Assembly: GCA_964016885.1 (NCBI GenBank)
Contig: OZ024743.1
Span: 233,182,001-233,246,000 of the forward strand
Length of the DNA: 64,000 bases
Reading direction: 5' to 3'
Source: Eledone cirrhosa
Taxonomy: Eukaryota
The notes beneath the pieces are model-generated. The model saw only the letters and a list, made by a program, of their open reading frames with translations, was not told the DNA's origin and did no database searches. Both the position numbers and the translations under genes were made by a program. Positions 25,713-41,149 of this stretch are shown here, one piece after another (position 1 is the stretch's first letter; each line of letters starts with the position of its first letter).

Positions 25713-26209
25713 CTGAAGAAATAGGTTTGGCAAATCAGAATTGTTTTTTAGATAAATACGTGTGAGTATCTGTGTGTGCATGCATATTTTTTTTTAATTA
25801 TTATTATTTATTTTTTTTTTAGTTTTTTGGACAATAATTTCTAAAATAGGTACAAGGCCAGAAATTTGGAGAGGAGCTGTGAATTAAATCAGCCTCAGTA
25901 TTTAACAGTTATTTCATTTTATCAACCCTGGAAGGACGAAAGGCAAAAATCAACTTTGTTGGAATTTGTGTTTAGAAAATATAGTCAAGAGAAATATGAC
26001 AAAACATTTTGTCCGACACTAACAATTTTGCCATTCCACTTCCTAGCAAATATAAAAGTATGTGAGAGGAGATAGTCAATTATCTCAACCATAGTACTTT
26101 ACAGCTACTTATTTTATTGACCCCTGAAGGGCGAAAGGCAGTCAAACAGTACAGTTTCTTATGACTTTCAGAAACATTTTTTTATGTTCAGAGTTAATGA
26201 AGCATGAAA

Positions 26210-26450
26210 CAAACTACCTGCATCAGTTGTGAGCTGTCAGGACTCTGCATCCTTCAAAACGTCCCTGCTTCTCAAAATTCGCCATACACCTGATATTCCC
26301 CCTCCATACACACGCATGCACGTGTGTGTATATCATGACACATACACTGTTCAGTTTCCTGACATTTGTATATTATTCTATATACTATACATGCACCTTT
26401 GATGAGTTGTAGATCACCTGAGAACTGTACACAATCATTTTCATTATTAT
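26210..26450 (+). mobile_element. CR1/L2-like LINE 3' end; other tails at ~694-890(-), 17672-17875(+), 39728-39830(+), 47070-47141(-)
   Basis: Encodes LPASVVSCQDSASFKTSL (RT C-terminus-like), then a shared 3' UTR ending in (ATT)n. Confidence 0.65.
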
Positions 26451-26994
26451 AAACTTGGTAGGTGTTGACCTCAGAACATAGACTTGTATCTAAATACAAG
26501 GCATTTTGTCTGGTGTTCTACCAAATCTACCAATCTCAATAGTAATGATTTCTGATACAGCACAAGGTTACATATTTTAGAAGTATTAATTCGGTAGAGG
26601 GTTGGACGCCATGCTTTCCAGCATAGTTACGTCCCTTTACAATCTAAGTTCAAATCCCGCCGAGGTTGACTTTGCCTTTCATCCTTACGGGCTCGATAAA
26701 ATAAAGTACCAGTAATGCACTGGGTAATTGCAGGCCTTGTGCCTAAAGTAGAAACAATTGATTACATGAACACAAATATTTGATTAGTACTCTTTACTGC
26801 CTCAATCATATTTTCTAATGATAACCTCTTATGTTGGCACAAGGTCAAATTTTATAGAAGCATAAGGAATTGAGGAACACTGTATATAACTGGTACTTAT
26901 TTCATTAACACCCAAAAGAATGAAGGGCAATGAAAAGTACTGCAAAGCCTTTAGCCATGACTGCACTCTATTTCAGTCCCTCCATTGCTACAAT

Positions 26995-27184
26995 AATTGT
27001 TTCTACTTCTGGCACAAGGCCAGCAATGACCCAGTGTATTACTGGTACTTTATTTTATCGACCCCATAAGGATGAAAGGCAAAGTTAACCTCGGCGGGAT
27101 TTGAACTCAGATCATAAAGGGACGTAACTCTATGCTTCAAAGCATGGCGTCCGACTCTCTACCAATACTGCCAATCCACCGCCC
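26995..27184 (-). mobile_element. Same SINE, - copy with TSD CCATTGCTACAATAAT; others at ~3499-3684, 5067-5222, 5778-5967, 6247-6425, 11115-11300, 27278-27476, 45852-46050, 47142-47331, 50418-50600, 55497-55681
   Basis: Highly similar dispersed copies; direct repeat on both flanks of this copy. Confidence 0.9.
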
Positions 27185-27475
27185 ATTGCTACAATAATGA
27201 TGGTTTTTAATTCAAAGGATGAAGAGCAAATTCTGCTGTCTATTGCCACTACTATTACTACAATAATAATAATAATAATTGTTTCTACTTTAGGCAATTT
27301 GAAGGGAGGGGAACATCGATTAAATTGACTCAGTGTATTACTGGTGCTTTATTTTATCAACCTTTGTAAGGGTGAAAGGCAAAGTTAACCTCGGCGGGAT
27401 TTGAACTCAGACTGCAAAGGGCCATAACTGAATGCCGCAAAGCATGTCTGACGCTCTACTGACACTGCCAATCCA

Positions 27476-27522
<47 letters not shown>

Positions 27523-28259
27523 AACAAACAAAACAACATTGCATGAAACATTCAACTGAAAACGAAATAATCTTAATAAGCAAAGTGGAATTTGAGGGAC
27601 AAATATGGGAAGCATATGACATTGAAGTCATAAACAACAGAGAACATGTGACATTAAAGTTTACATAATTCCTGACAATAGAAAAACATAATTGACAACA
27701 AATGAAAAGGTGATACGGATATGAAATATAAATAACATTTAATTGTTCATTGTTTTTTATATTAATAATAACAAATACATTGAGAGTAGTGTCATGGATG
27801 GAAGCAGCAGCAGAGGTTATCATACACTGAGAACTGAGACAAATTACATATTTGTATTACATAAATCTGATACCCATCTCATCCACAACACATTTCACAG
27901 AATTTATATCAGCAGGGTTGTTTCACCTGTTGAGTAATTACAACTAATTATCATAGAAAATCACATACTGTTGTCTTTGACAAATAAGAAACAACATATT
28001 AAATACTGTAGTTCAAATGTAGCGGTTCTAAGAAACTCAGGTTACGTTCCTCACATTGAAATCTTAGATTTTCTCAATTCCTCTCTCATTTTGAATTGTC
28101 ATCTAGTCATTTTTCCACCATTATACTTTTACATTGCTAATTATTCAAACAATATATTTAAACAAATTACTTTAAGTGTTTTGTCAACTGTTAATTTGTG
28201 ATCACCCATATAGTAGGGTATATTTTTATTTCATTATATATATATATATATACACACCT

Positions 28260-28433
28260 TGTGGTATCGGTAGACTAAAAAAGACCTGGGCAGAGGTTGT
28301 GAGAGCTGACTTCAAATCACTAATACTCACAGAGGCAATGAGACAGGATCAGGACATGTGGAGAGAAGCTGTGCTGAGAAGGACCTGTCCAACCCATGCT
28401 AGCGTGCAACAGCAGACATAAAAACAATGATGA

Positions 28434-28437
<4 letters not shown>
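28260..28437 (+). mobile_element. RTE-clade LINE 3' end; related pieces at ~12740-12880, 47690-47900, 48500-48900
   Basis: GRLKKTWAEVVRADF...DQDMWR peptide typical of RTE ORF C-termini; (ATG)n tail. Confidence 0.7.
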
Positions 28438-28488
<51 letters not shown>

Positions 28489-29655
28489 CATACACACATT
28501 GTACACTGTTTCTTTCTCAGGTTGTATTCCTCCCCTGACTACAATTACTCCTCAATTCCCCACCTTGGTTGAAATGTTTCCCTGGGAACCAAGTGCCACC
28601 TTTCCCTCTCTGATAACCCCTGTTCAATATACACTATGTCTAAGAGACATGGACTAGAATGGTTACCTCTGGAATCCCTTTCATAATAGATCTGCATGGT
28701 CAAAGCTGCCCTTGGCTTGTAAACAGGCATCATCGTAATTTTAACACCTGATTACATACGGTCTCACATTCTACTAAGTGCATAGAGAAGGTTGTCATAT
28801 CTTTGACACAACTGAGACTGCTCCCAACCCTTTGTTTGGCAATCTTTCTACAGCTGGATGCAAAGAAAAATATTTATTTCTGACTTTGACAAGTATGTTA
28901 ACCTTTTAGCATTTACATTACTCTATATTAACTATTATATTTTCATGGTAAAGGCTTTACCGCATATAATTATCTCACATAATATCGAATTTATGAGATT
29001 TTGATATTATTTATGTTGAGAAAAATACCTTAACATTGGTATGAGTAGCCAGTTACAGCCGATTTGAACAGAAAGAGTTGAGAGAATTCTAGCCTGATAC
29101 AAACAGCTTAAAAGCTAAGTGTACACAAGTGTATAGAATGCTCAGCCACTTGTATGTTAATTTCACAAGCAAGCTGCTCTATTGATGGGACAACTGGAAC
29201 ACTCATCATCAAAACTAACAAAGATCCATTCTATTCCATTAGTTATACAAATAATACTCAAGGACATAATACTTCATTGATTCTTATCTTGTTACCCCTA
29301 AGAAAGATGAGAGGCTAAGTTGACTTAAGAGATGAGTATTTAAATATTCTCAATATCCTACTAATTCTCTCAACCACCAACACTGCCACCACCACCAACA
29401 ACAACAAAAGAAATGCAAAAAAAAGAACATGTAAACATTTCATCCCACATATGTAATATTTCATTAAAATTTATTTATATCATACAAAAGCATATGTATA
29501 TTATCAACGTATACTTAACATAGACATACACTATATATACATATATATATATATACACCCACACACACATACATAAATGTATATACCTATATATAGGTAT
29601 ATACATACATAAATTGATATATTTATATATACATTCATAAATTGATATATTAATC

Positions 29656-29692
<37 letters not shown>

Positions 29693-29848
29693 GAAAGAAA
29701 TTATAGACATCCTACACACACACACACACATATGTATACATAAATTGACATACTATACATATATACACACACACATACATAAATTATTAACATCCAATAT
29801 TATATACAATATATATGTATATTAACACATATGAATTATAGATATACA

Positions 29849-29891
<43 letters not shown>

Positions 29892-31554
29892 ACATGTATA
29901 TTATAGAAACATACATACACTCAAAAATATAAAAATCATCATAAATTTTAAATTTCAGAGTAGATATAAAGAATATAAAAAATAAGATTTCTATGGCTAC
30001 AAGGAAGCCATGCTATATCCATGTGATATCACACTAAATGAGGAACTAGTTACATGCATATAAAAAGATGAAGCAAAAGAAATGTACAACATATATGCAA
30101 TATACACCAAAAGAAATGTCAAATAAATATTTTTTTTTAAATCAACATATATGATTTAATCTTATCTCAAGATCCAAATTATCCAAAGAGCATATTCATT
30201 TTTTAAATTCTTCACTCGGTGATGTAAAATAAATTATAATTCTATTATCATCATTATTCAACAACAGGAACTTCTAGCTGTTTTACAGCTTCCTTTGTTG
30301 CCTATTTTCTTTTTCGTTTTATTAGGCATAATCTACCTTGAATATTTGAAATTTTATTTCTATTTTATTTTATTTTCCATTTTTTTATTTTTATTTATTA
30401 CTTGTCTCACTAGCTTTTTTTGATTACCAATTGTAAGGAGTACTCAAAATTTCCCCTAGTCTGACATGGCTTACTAGCTCTATACGGACGTTTAAATTGA
30501 ATAAATAATTAAATAAATATATTTCTTATTTAATATATTTTAAATATTTTGTAGTTAGCAACATTATTTTTACTATTATTATAAATGTAGGCACAGAAGT
30601 AAAATAGTTCATTTGAAAATTAAAAGAAGAAAAAAAAGAAAACTGTCTTGTGTTACTTTTTAAAAAAAACTTTCACTGTTGGTAGCAAACAGTGTTAGGT
30701 GATATGTATAATACAAGAAATTCATTCCAACAACATAAGAAAAGAATAAAATGATAAAGTCATATCTCAAAATGCTAAGCTTCATAGATGACATAAAAGA
30801 GCAGGGATAATATGTTACATTGTCAAAAAACATCCCCACTCTTGCCAGCATGGAAAAACATGTGTGGGAGCACCTACATGGTCGTTTGACATGTTAGAAA
30901 TGACAACAAAATCAGTTTCAAGTCACATCCTAGCACCTTAACCCTTTAGCATCTAAACCAGCCTTATCCGGCCAGAATTCTCTCAACACTTTCTGTTCAA
31001 AGTGGCTGTAACCAGCTGCTCATACTGATGTTAAGGTATTATCCTCAAAATAAATGATATCAAATTCTCGTAGCTTCGATATTACATGAGATAATTATGT
31101 GAGATAAAGCCTTTACTGCAGAAATACAATAGCAAATATAGAGTAATGTAAATGCTAAAGTGCTAAAGGAAAGGAAACATTAGATAATGTAGTTTTAGAT
31201 AGACTATCCCTGAAAAAAGAAGAGATGTGATGATCATAGATCGATTATCTTTGATTATTAGTTCACCTGAGAATGGACAACAACAAATGTGGATGATAAA
31301 ATAATCTAACTTTGACACAAGGCCAGTGATTTGAGAAGGGGAAAGTCATAATTAAATATTATGAGGTATTTTGTCCAATGATTGACCAATTCTGACAAAC
31401 CACGACATTACTTAGTAATTATATCCAACATTTACTAAATCAATATCTTAGTAGTAAAATTAGTTAAATGGAAGATCCAGCCAGAACAATTTGAGTTGGT
31501 TGCATCAGAGAACAAAATAACTGTCAGTTTTACCTGTATATACAGGATGATTGG

Positions 31555-32243
31555 GGAGGGGAAAGTCGATTAAATCAACCCCAGTGTATTACTGGTGCTT
31601 TATTTTATCAACCCCGTAAGGATAAAAGACAAAACTAACCTCGGCAGGATTTGAACATAGACCATAAAGTGCCATAACTCTATGTCTCTAAGCATGTTGT
31701 CCAACGCCCAATTGATACTGCCAATCCACTGATAATAATATTAATATTAATTGTTTCTACTGTTGGCACAAGGCCAGCAATTATCCCAGTGCATTACTGG
31801 TACTTTATTTTATCAACCCTGTAAAGATGAAAGGCAAAATTAACTTTGGCAGGATTTGAACTCAAACCATTCAAATAGTAATAATTGTTTCTACTTTAGG
31901 CACAAGGCCAGCAGTTACCCAGTGCCTTACTGGTACTTTATTTTATCGACCCCGTAAGGATGAAAGGCAAAGTCAACCTCGTCGGGATTTGAACTCAGAT
32001 CGTTAAGGGACGTAACTATGCTGGGAAGCATGGTGTTCAACCCTCTACCAATACTGCCATTCCACCGCCCTTAGTAATAATAATAATGATCATAATAATA
32101 ATTGTTTCTACTTTTGGCACAAGGCCAGCAATTACCCAGTACATTACTGGTACTTTATTTTATCGACCCCGTAAGGATGAAAGGCAAAGTTAACCTCGGC
32201 GGGATTTGAACTCAGACCGTAAAGAGACGTATCTATGCTGGAA
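31555..32243 (-). mobile_element. Tandem cluster of four same-orientation SINE copies
   Basis: Four successive family matches separated by (AAT)n tails. Confidence 0.88.
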
Positions 32244-33267
32244 AAATAATAATGCCAAAAGTGGTCGCACAATCAGCTAGAAAAAGCCACAATGTTGCTC
32301 TCAACACAGCCAGCATAATAAATAAACAAAATAATAAAGGAAGAGCAATTGCATAGATGTAGTTTTATAGGGACATGGTAGTCATAGCTGGAATGCATGT
32401 GTTCATAATTATGTGACACTTTTATTTGTTTTGGGCCATTTTTATTTGTTTAGTCAGGAAGTAAAAAAAAACCGGGCTCATAACTCTTTTCAGAGAAATG
32501 TGGAAGAGAGGGAAATATACCAAGACTGGAAGCTTGGTCCAAATGCTTGCAACAAAATATACAGACACTCGTATGTACTCACACACACACAACTACGTAC
32601 ACACAATATGCAGTGATGAAAATCAAGAGATGGAACATGAAGTGTTACTTTTAATTTAGAAGTTAATATCATAAAAACAAACTCATTTAATTAATGTAAT
32701 ATCTCTGGAAAGTTGAGTAAAAGTTCTTTTTGTTTTGAAAATAATAAAAATATTAAAATAAATAAATAAGAAAGAGAAGAATAAACCTTGAACAGAAAAA
32801 AGCAACACAACCAAAATCATAATGAAGGATGTGAAACATTAACCCTTTTGATACCAAAAACACTAAAATAGGCCTTGATTTTAAGATATAAAAAAGTATA
32901 TTGTAAAGTGTTTATATTTGTCTAAAATCCTTTCATTATATTTTCATGCAAGAAACATCAGTTTAATAATGAGAAAGTTATATTACTTAATTTCTCAATA
33001 GTTCTATCCATGCTAGCGTTGAAAAAGGTGGGATACAAACTCAGAATGCACAGAGTCGGATCAGATACCACAAACACATTAAATTGTCTTGACTGATACT
33101 TTATCGATCTTCCCCCACCCCACAAAGGATTAAAGATAAAGTTAAACTCAGCAGAATTTGAATTTAGAACACACTGAAACAGAGCATATAAAGCATTTAA
33201 TTTAATGCTCCAACACAGTTTGTGACCTTTGAATACAAAATTATATTTAAATAAGAGGGTAAATACT

Positions 33268-33592
33268 CCCTTCGGTCATAAATAATCATGGGTTTAGCAC
33301 CTGGAAAGTTCCCTTCCGAGGCACAAGCCTGGGCAAGGTATTTTTGAGAAAAACCAGTAGTCACCCATGTATACCAGTCTCCCCACTACACACCACCAAC
33401 GTTCAAGGGAAAGATAATGGCCAATACAGCTTGACACCAGTGACATCGCAACTAATTTCTACAGCTGAATGAACTGGAGCAACATGAAATGAAGTGTCTT
33501 ACTCAAGGACACAACACATTATCTGGTCCAGGAATTAACTCACAACCTCATGATTGTGAATCCAATTCTCTAAACACTAAGCCACACGTCTT
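33268..33592 (-). mobile_element. Second tRNA-derived SINE family; pieces at ~8950-9270, 22085-22205, 38425-38535, 40748-40990, 52680-52925
   Basis: GGCTTAGTG(G)TTAG head and shared GTGTCCTTGAGYAAGACACTT block. Confidence 0.6.
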
Positions 33593-34584
33593 CACTGGAT
33601 ATAGAACAAAAACACAGAAAACCTTAAGAACAATTTAATCCTTTAGTATTTGAACCGGCCATATCCGGACAGAATTCTCTCAGCTCTTTCTATTCAAACC
33701 AGCTGTAACCTGCCACTCATACAGACATTAAGGTTCTCAAAATAAATAATATCAAAATTTCATCTCTTCGATATTATGTGAGATAATTATGTAAGATAAA
33801 GCTTTAACTGCAAAAATACAATAGTAAATATAGAGTAATGTAAATGTTAAAGGGTTAAAGAAAAAACAACAACAATAACAGAATAAATATATAGAAATAG
33901 AATAAGACAAATATGTAAAAAAACAAAAACAGTAACAAAAATATTCACCAATAACAAATCTATAAAAATATATTAATATATGACAAGATTAATTAAACAG
34001 GAAAAATATGAATTATGTCAACATAGACATGCAGTTTCATGCAAATGGAGTGAAAAAAAAATATATTAAGAAGTGAATCACAACACAGTATTTGTTATAG
34101 TCAAATGAAGTGAATATAGCCAGAAAAGCCAGCCAAAAGATAGTATAGTATATATTTTATTTTACTTATTCATTTGCTGGTTTCAATTATTCAACTACAA
34201 ACCTACTGGAATACAAGTTTCAAGGGTTTTAGCCTATCATATGGACAACATTAAATATTTCAGTCAGATATTGTTTTATTGAATAGTGAAGTTAGGTTGT
34301 TTATATATATATATATATATTCAGGGACCATCTGCTATCATTATAACACCAAATTAGCAGGCTGTCCTCGAGTGGAATCAGTTCACTATTTTCTATCTTC
34401 TATCCTATGTTTGGGTTCAATGTAAACTTATTACATAATTCTGCAAATAACACCTGGTGAACTCACCTAGTCTTGCATCATAATCGGATGATAGGACTGT
34501 GTCATTGAAACATGTATAGTACTTTCACAGAATTAAAATTCTAAAGTAAATATTCCAGTCCGGCCTTCTGTTGTTGTTTAAATG

Positions 34585-35990
<1,406 letters not shown>

Positions 35991-36069
35991 TGTAAAAGGT
36001 AAACAGAAATAACAATACAGTATATGGAAAGAATATATTAGGTTAGCGCTTAAAATACCAGGAAGAAGA

Positions 36070-36105
36070 TCTTAACGTTTCGGACGCTAATCCTTCATCA
36101 GAAGA
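36070..36105 (-). ncRNA. Minimal (Penelope-type) hammerhead motif, sense to the MYCBP2 pre-mRNA
   Basis: Minus strand TCTT-CTGATGA-AGGA ttagcg TCC-GAAACGTT-AAGA; 4-bp stem I, palindromic AACGTT. Confidence 0.55.
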
Positions 36106-37066
36106 AAGAATAAGAAATTAGAAAGATTAAAGAGACGTGTGGGGTGGAATTGGAAAAAAAGTTTTTCTCTTGGAAAAAAATATATATGTTTGTATCCCGG
36201 TTCAATCGGGGGTAACCACAGTAAGTAAGGTACTCAATACATAGCAGAATATAAATGTCTAATATAGAAATTGCTTCTACAGAACTAGAACGGTTTCATT
36301 CGAAAGAAATCATCAGAAAGGCTTGCCTGATGATTTCATTTGAATGAAACAGTTCTAGTTTTGTAGAAGACATTTCTATATTAAATATATATCTATATAT
36401 ATATATATATATATATGCATATATATAAAGTTTAATAAGTTAGGAGCTCAACTTTGTTGGGATGTGTCCTGAAGTTTTACAGCTCAATGTGTTTGTATGA
36501 TCCACAAATATAATAAACAAATTCATCCAACATGTAATCAATAGAGTAAAAATCCAAATATTGTACAAGTGTTGGGTCACAAGGCATAAATAGTAATAAT
36601 TCAACCAAGGGTTTAGAGAGATTTTATAACATTTAAGTAGTTTCAGGTATGTTTCAACAACTGAAGAAAAATCTATAGAGATGATTGAAAGAAAATTTTT
36701 ATCATTTAGTCAGATACCAGCATATGGAAGTAAATCCATGTACAAGTAACCACATTAAAAAAAACAAAAAAGAGAAATGAAAATATAATAAAGGGAAAGA
36801 AAGGAAAATATCCCTACATTTTCCATTTCATTGAATCTTCAGAAACATCAAAATGTATAAATCTACATAAAATTGAGGAGAGGAACAATTATGTAGGATA
36901 TGTGTAGATATTATAATGCCATTTTAATATTAATGAATTATTACTAATTTTGAGAAGAATATCTTGTTAATATTTTACTGGCATAAGCATGACAAGATAT
37001 CCTGTGTTGAATCAGTTTCTTGGAATCATTTGATGAAGGACTTTTACCCAGAAATATTAAGGACTA

Positions 37067-37181
37067 TTAACCTTTAACATGCTAATGGCGATATAATGCA
37101 CCATAGAGTAATCTCTCCTTAACAAATAATGCAGTGTCAAGGGAAACAACTCATAAAAATTACTAGCATGCTAAAGGTTAA
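37067..37181. mobile_element. Short TTAA MITE
   Basis: TTAACCTTTAACATGCTA...TAGCATGCTAAAGGTTAA inverted termini. Confidence 0.65.
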
Positions 37182-38062
37182 ACAACACCATGATAAGATT
37201 CCAACATCTTTTTTATCATTTTTAACATTTAATATCCTATTTACATTGCTGTAGCCTTCTTGAAAAATGGTTTATTAAATTTAAATATTCAGACATTAAA
37301 ACAAAGTCAATACTCAACTAACAAGTTTCTCGCGTTTTGGATAATTAATCTGCTAGATAGAGCAAATCTTGTTGGGATAACAGTTTACTGTCTTTAACGA
37401 AAAATGGAAGGAGACGTTAGTTAATGTAGTACTAGCTGAATAAAAGATATAATAGTCACGGAACACAATTATTTCTTTCATTACCCGAGGACCATAAATC
37501 TAAAAAAGGAACAGTGGAAACTGTTAAACCTATCACCATATCTGGTATCTATTTTATTACCCCTATAGAAATATGGCTAAGACAACCACACCAGCTTTTA
37601 ACTCAAAATAAAGAGGGATATATATAATTAGTTACAACAGTGACATATACAGGTACTTAAGCTTTGTTGGGTTATACACCCCAACTCACTCAGTCCTATA
37701 GACTGAGTGCTCTTACCTTTGGATATTTCTACCAAACTTGCACTACATTATATATATATATAAACTGAACACTTCAATAGGAGTCACTTTCTTGTCATTA
37801 AAAGAACTACAACATCTATAGTAGCAGCAGCAACAACATCAACAACAACAACATCGATAGTGACAACAAATATAATCCAACTATCCAGTGTCATGCATGA
37901 GTTTATAAGTGTGTGGGTGGGTGTTTTTCTTATATATATTTAGAGAGAAAGAAAAAATAGAGAGGGGGAGAAATAGAAGGAAAAAAGAGTGACAGATTCT
38001 TAGCTAAAAAAAATACTGAAAAAATCCTAAGGAACAGTGGAGAGCGAGAAAGAAGAGCTTAC

Positions 38063-38212
38063 CTACAATAGATGCTAGCCTATGTGGATTTATACCACAT
38101 GGACCACATGACAACAATGATGAGGATGATGATGACGACTTAGAGCATGTTGAAACTTTCTCCTGCAACTTGTCACGATTTTTACTCGATTCCCGATCCA
38201 TTTTTATCTTGC
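38063..38212 (-). CDS. MYCBP2: Candidate 150-nt cassette exon GKIKMDRESSKNRDK...PHRLASIV, phase 1-1
   Basis: Consensus TACTAAC branch point, ttttcag| acceptor, TAG|gtaagc donor; open in frame. Confidence 0.72.
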
Positions 38213-39009
38213 CTGAAAAGCCCCAGTAGTTGTTAGTATTAACAGAATACACATCACAATAAGGAAACTCTGGCAGTTGTTAGCTCTAGAAAGTACATTA
38301 TTAACACACTGATATATTATATACAAACTACTTCACTCATCATGTTCCAGTCACAGCGTTTCAGCCGATCTACCCTTCAGCTTTTTTTCAAGTATCTGTT
38401 GTATTCAGTAAAGGCATGAAAGCACATAGCCTAGTGGTTAAGGTGTTGGACTTACAATCAGAAGGTCAAGGGTGTAATTACTGGACTGGGCAGTGTGTTG
38501 TGTTCTTGAGCAAGACACTTCAGTTTACATTGCTTTTCATGATAAGACTGGGACCACTATTATTAAATCACCTAAGAAACATCCTTTGAGATACAACCTT
38601 GTAAGAGGCCAACTTAAATCTGCATAAGTGAGGGCTGTAAATTTCATGTATTTTTTTGTTTGTTTTGTTTTGATTTTATATCATTTTAGTTGTATCCAGT
38701 AACCTTCTCAGAATTTTAAACCAAACTATTCAATCTACAATGGTAAATAGTTCTCATTTCATTGTCAATACCAAGAATATTCATGTATTAAATATTCTCC
38801 TAGTCATGATGTTGCTTGCTCATTCTGCTTAAAACACAATATTATAGGTTCTGTTGAAAATTCTAAGTTACAGAATATGACAGGCACTTGAAAAAAGCTG
38901 GCGGGTATAATAGCTGACATGTGAATATAACGACCAAGATGAGGACATTAGTCAGAATAAATCAATGTATAATAATAATTCCTCATCTGAGAAATTCAGA
39001 TGAATATTT

Positions 39010-39385
39010 TAAAATACACATCACATACAAACTCCACCTGTTGTGAGGTCTACAAAACACACATCCCACACAAACTCCGCCAGTTGTTAAGTCTACAAAA
39101 CACATCCCATACAAACTCCACCAGTTGTTAGGTCTACAAATCACATATCCCATACAAACTCCACCAGTTGTTAGGTTTACAAAATACACATCCCACACAA
39201 ACTCCACCAGTTGTTAGGTCTAAAATTCACTACAAATCACGTATCCGATACAAACTTCTCCAGTTGTGAGGTCTACAAAATACACACCCCATACAAGCTC
39301 TATCAGTTGTTAGTTCTACAAAATACACATCCCATATAAACTCCACCAGTTGTTAGGTCTACAAATCACATATCCTATACAAACT
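39010..39385. repeat. ~42-bp minisatellite, core CAAACTCCACCAGTTGTTAGGTCTACAAA
   Basis: About 9 tandem units. Confidence 0.9.
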
Positions 39386-41101
39386 GAAACAATCATTTTT
39401 TTGTTGGTATTTCAAATAGCTCATGTTCTTTAGTCCCCGTATATATCTCTAAATTAGTTTTCAAATTGATTTAGTCAATTGAAATACTATTTCGAAATTA
39501 TTTCTTTAGTTTATTATATTAGTTTCAGTTATTGGACTGTGACCATGTTTGAGTACCATATCCCAGGTTATAAACAGTTACATCTAACCTAGTTCTTGCC
39601 AGGTATTTATTTTATCCATTTCAGAAGGATGAAAGGTATCAATCAAAATCTCATTTGTGTGGGATTTTAATTCAGAATGTAAAAGGAAAATGCTAGAGAT
39701 ATTATTTTACAATGCTTTAAGTATTATTATTCCCCACTTATACACATGTACATTATTCTATGTACTGTACATGCACCTTTGTTGAGTTGTAGTGCACCTG
39801 AGCACTGTACACAATCATTTTCATTATTATTCATTTTTTCTATATTACTCGTACAACAGAAACCAATATTTTTTTTAACTTTATTTATGCTAGGATATAT
39901 AGAAAATTCCAAGAAGACCAATATGCAAATTAGCTGACTTTGTGTGAATCTAATTTCAAAGAGCATAGACCAGAACGTTTTTTTTCTCTGAGAGTTCTTT
40001 ATACTGGGATGAAGGGAAGTTTAAGTCCCAGAATATTAGGATGAAAAAAACAAAGATTACCATGTAACTATCTTTTTCGTTGTTTTCATCATACCATCCA
40101 TTTTGCATTGTTTAGCCTTCTTACATATCACTTTCCACATTATATATCTTATACAACGCTTCAAGCAAACTACAACATTGAATTAAGAAGTATTTCTCTA
40201 ATATCTATTATAGCTTTGACCTATTTCTTTTTGGTATCCCAGTCCCACTGAATATGGACGAGAACTTTTAAAGAACAAAACATTTCCAAACAGTTTCATC
40301 TATTCAATATTTACATGATGTTTTTGAAAACTTGTGGATATACTTTCAACTCTCATTTCACCACAAGACTATATATGTTATAAATATTCTTTGATATAGC
40401 AGTGTGTGTGTGTGTGTGTGGTGTGTGGTGTGTGGTGTGTGGTGTGTAGTGTGTAGTGTGTGTGTGTGTGTGTGTGTGTGCACTTCTTTATACATCAGTA
40501 TGTGGTGCACCAGGACACATCATTAGTGATGATATCTGAGGGTCATCAGATGCTTTTGAGTCTTTCAACACGAGATACCCTCACCCAAGTGGCTCAGCTG
40601 GAGCTGTTTAAGCCTGAACTTGTGTATTACTAACCTTTCTATTTTTCACCTCATCAGATGCAATTCCATTGTGCAGCCCTTTTGTCACCTTTCTTTTAAC
40701 ATAGCTATGAGCAGACCAAAGAGTGTGTGTGTGTGTGTCTGTCTGTCTCAGTAGTTAGGATGTTTAGCTCACAATCATAAGGCCATGAGTTTGATTCCTG
40801 GCAGTATATTGTGTCCTAGAGCCAGGTTATTTCATGCTGCTATTCAAGGTCTATGTTGTCACATTCAAAGTTATACTGAATTTCCTTGAGAACTATGGCA
40901 CACAAATCTATAGAATGTGAAACCACTTACATATTAATTAGCTGTTCCATTAGTCAGACTCCTGGGACACACATTGTCATAAACAATGAAGGTTTAATAC
41001 ATAGGATATACACATCAAGAAGTTTTTTATTCAAAAATACCTAACTTGCTACCTTAACGCTTAGAAATACAGTGAGCCACTGAAAACCGAACTTGTTCCA
41101 C

Positions 41102-41149
41102 CTGGGACATAGATCTTTGTTACTCTAACCATCAGAAGAGCAATGAGCC
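41102..41149 (-). CDS. MYCBP2: Weak candidate 48-nt cassette exon GLIALLMVRVTKIYVP, phase 1-1
   Basis: ttttattttttcaag| acceptor, CAG|gtggaa donor, TGCATG upstream; peptide is unusually hydrophobic. Confidence 0.3.

Noticed and set aside
32521-32545. 25-nt exon-like segments here and at ~28667-28691
   Set aside because: Not frame-preserving and with weak splice context
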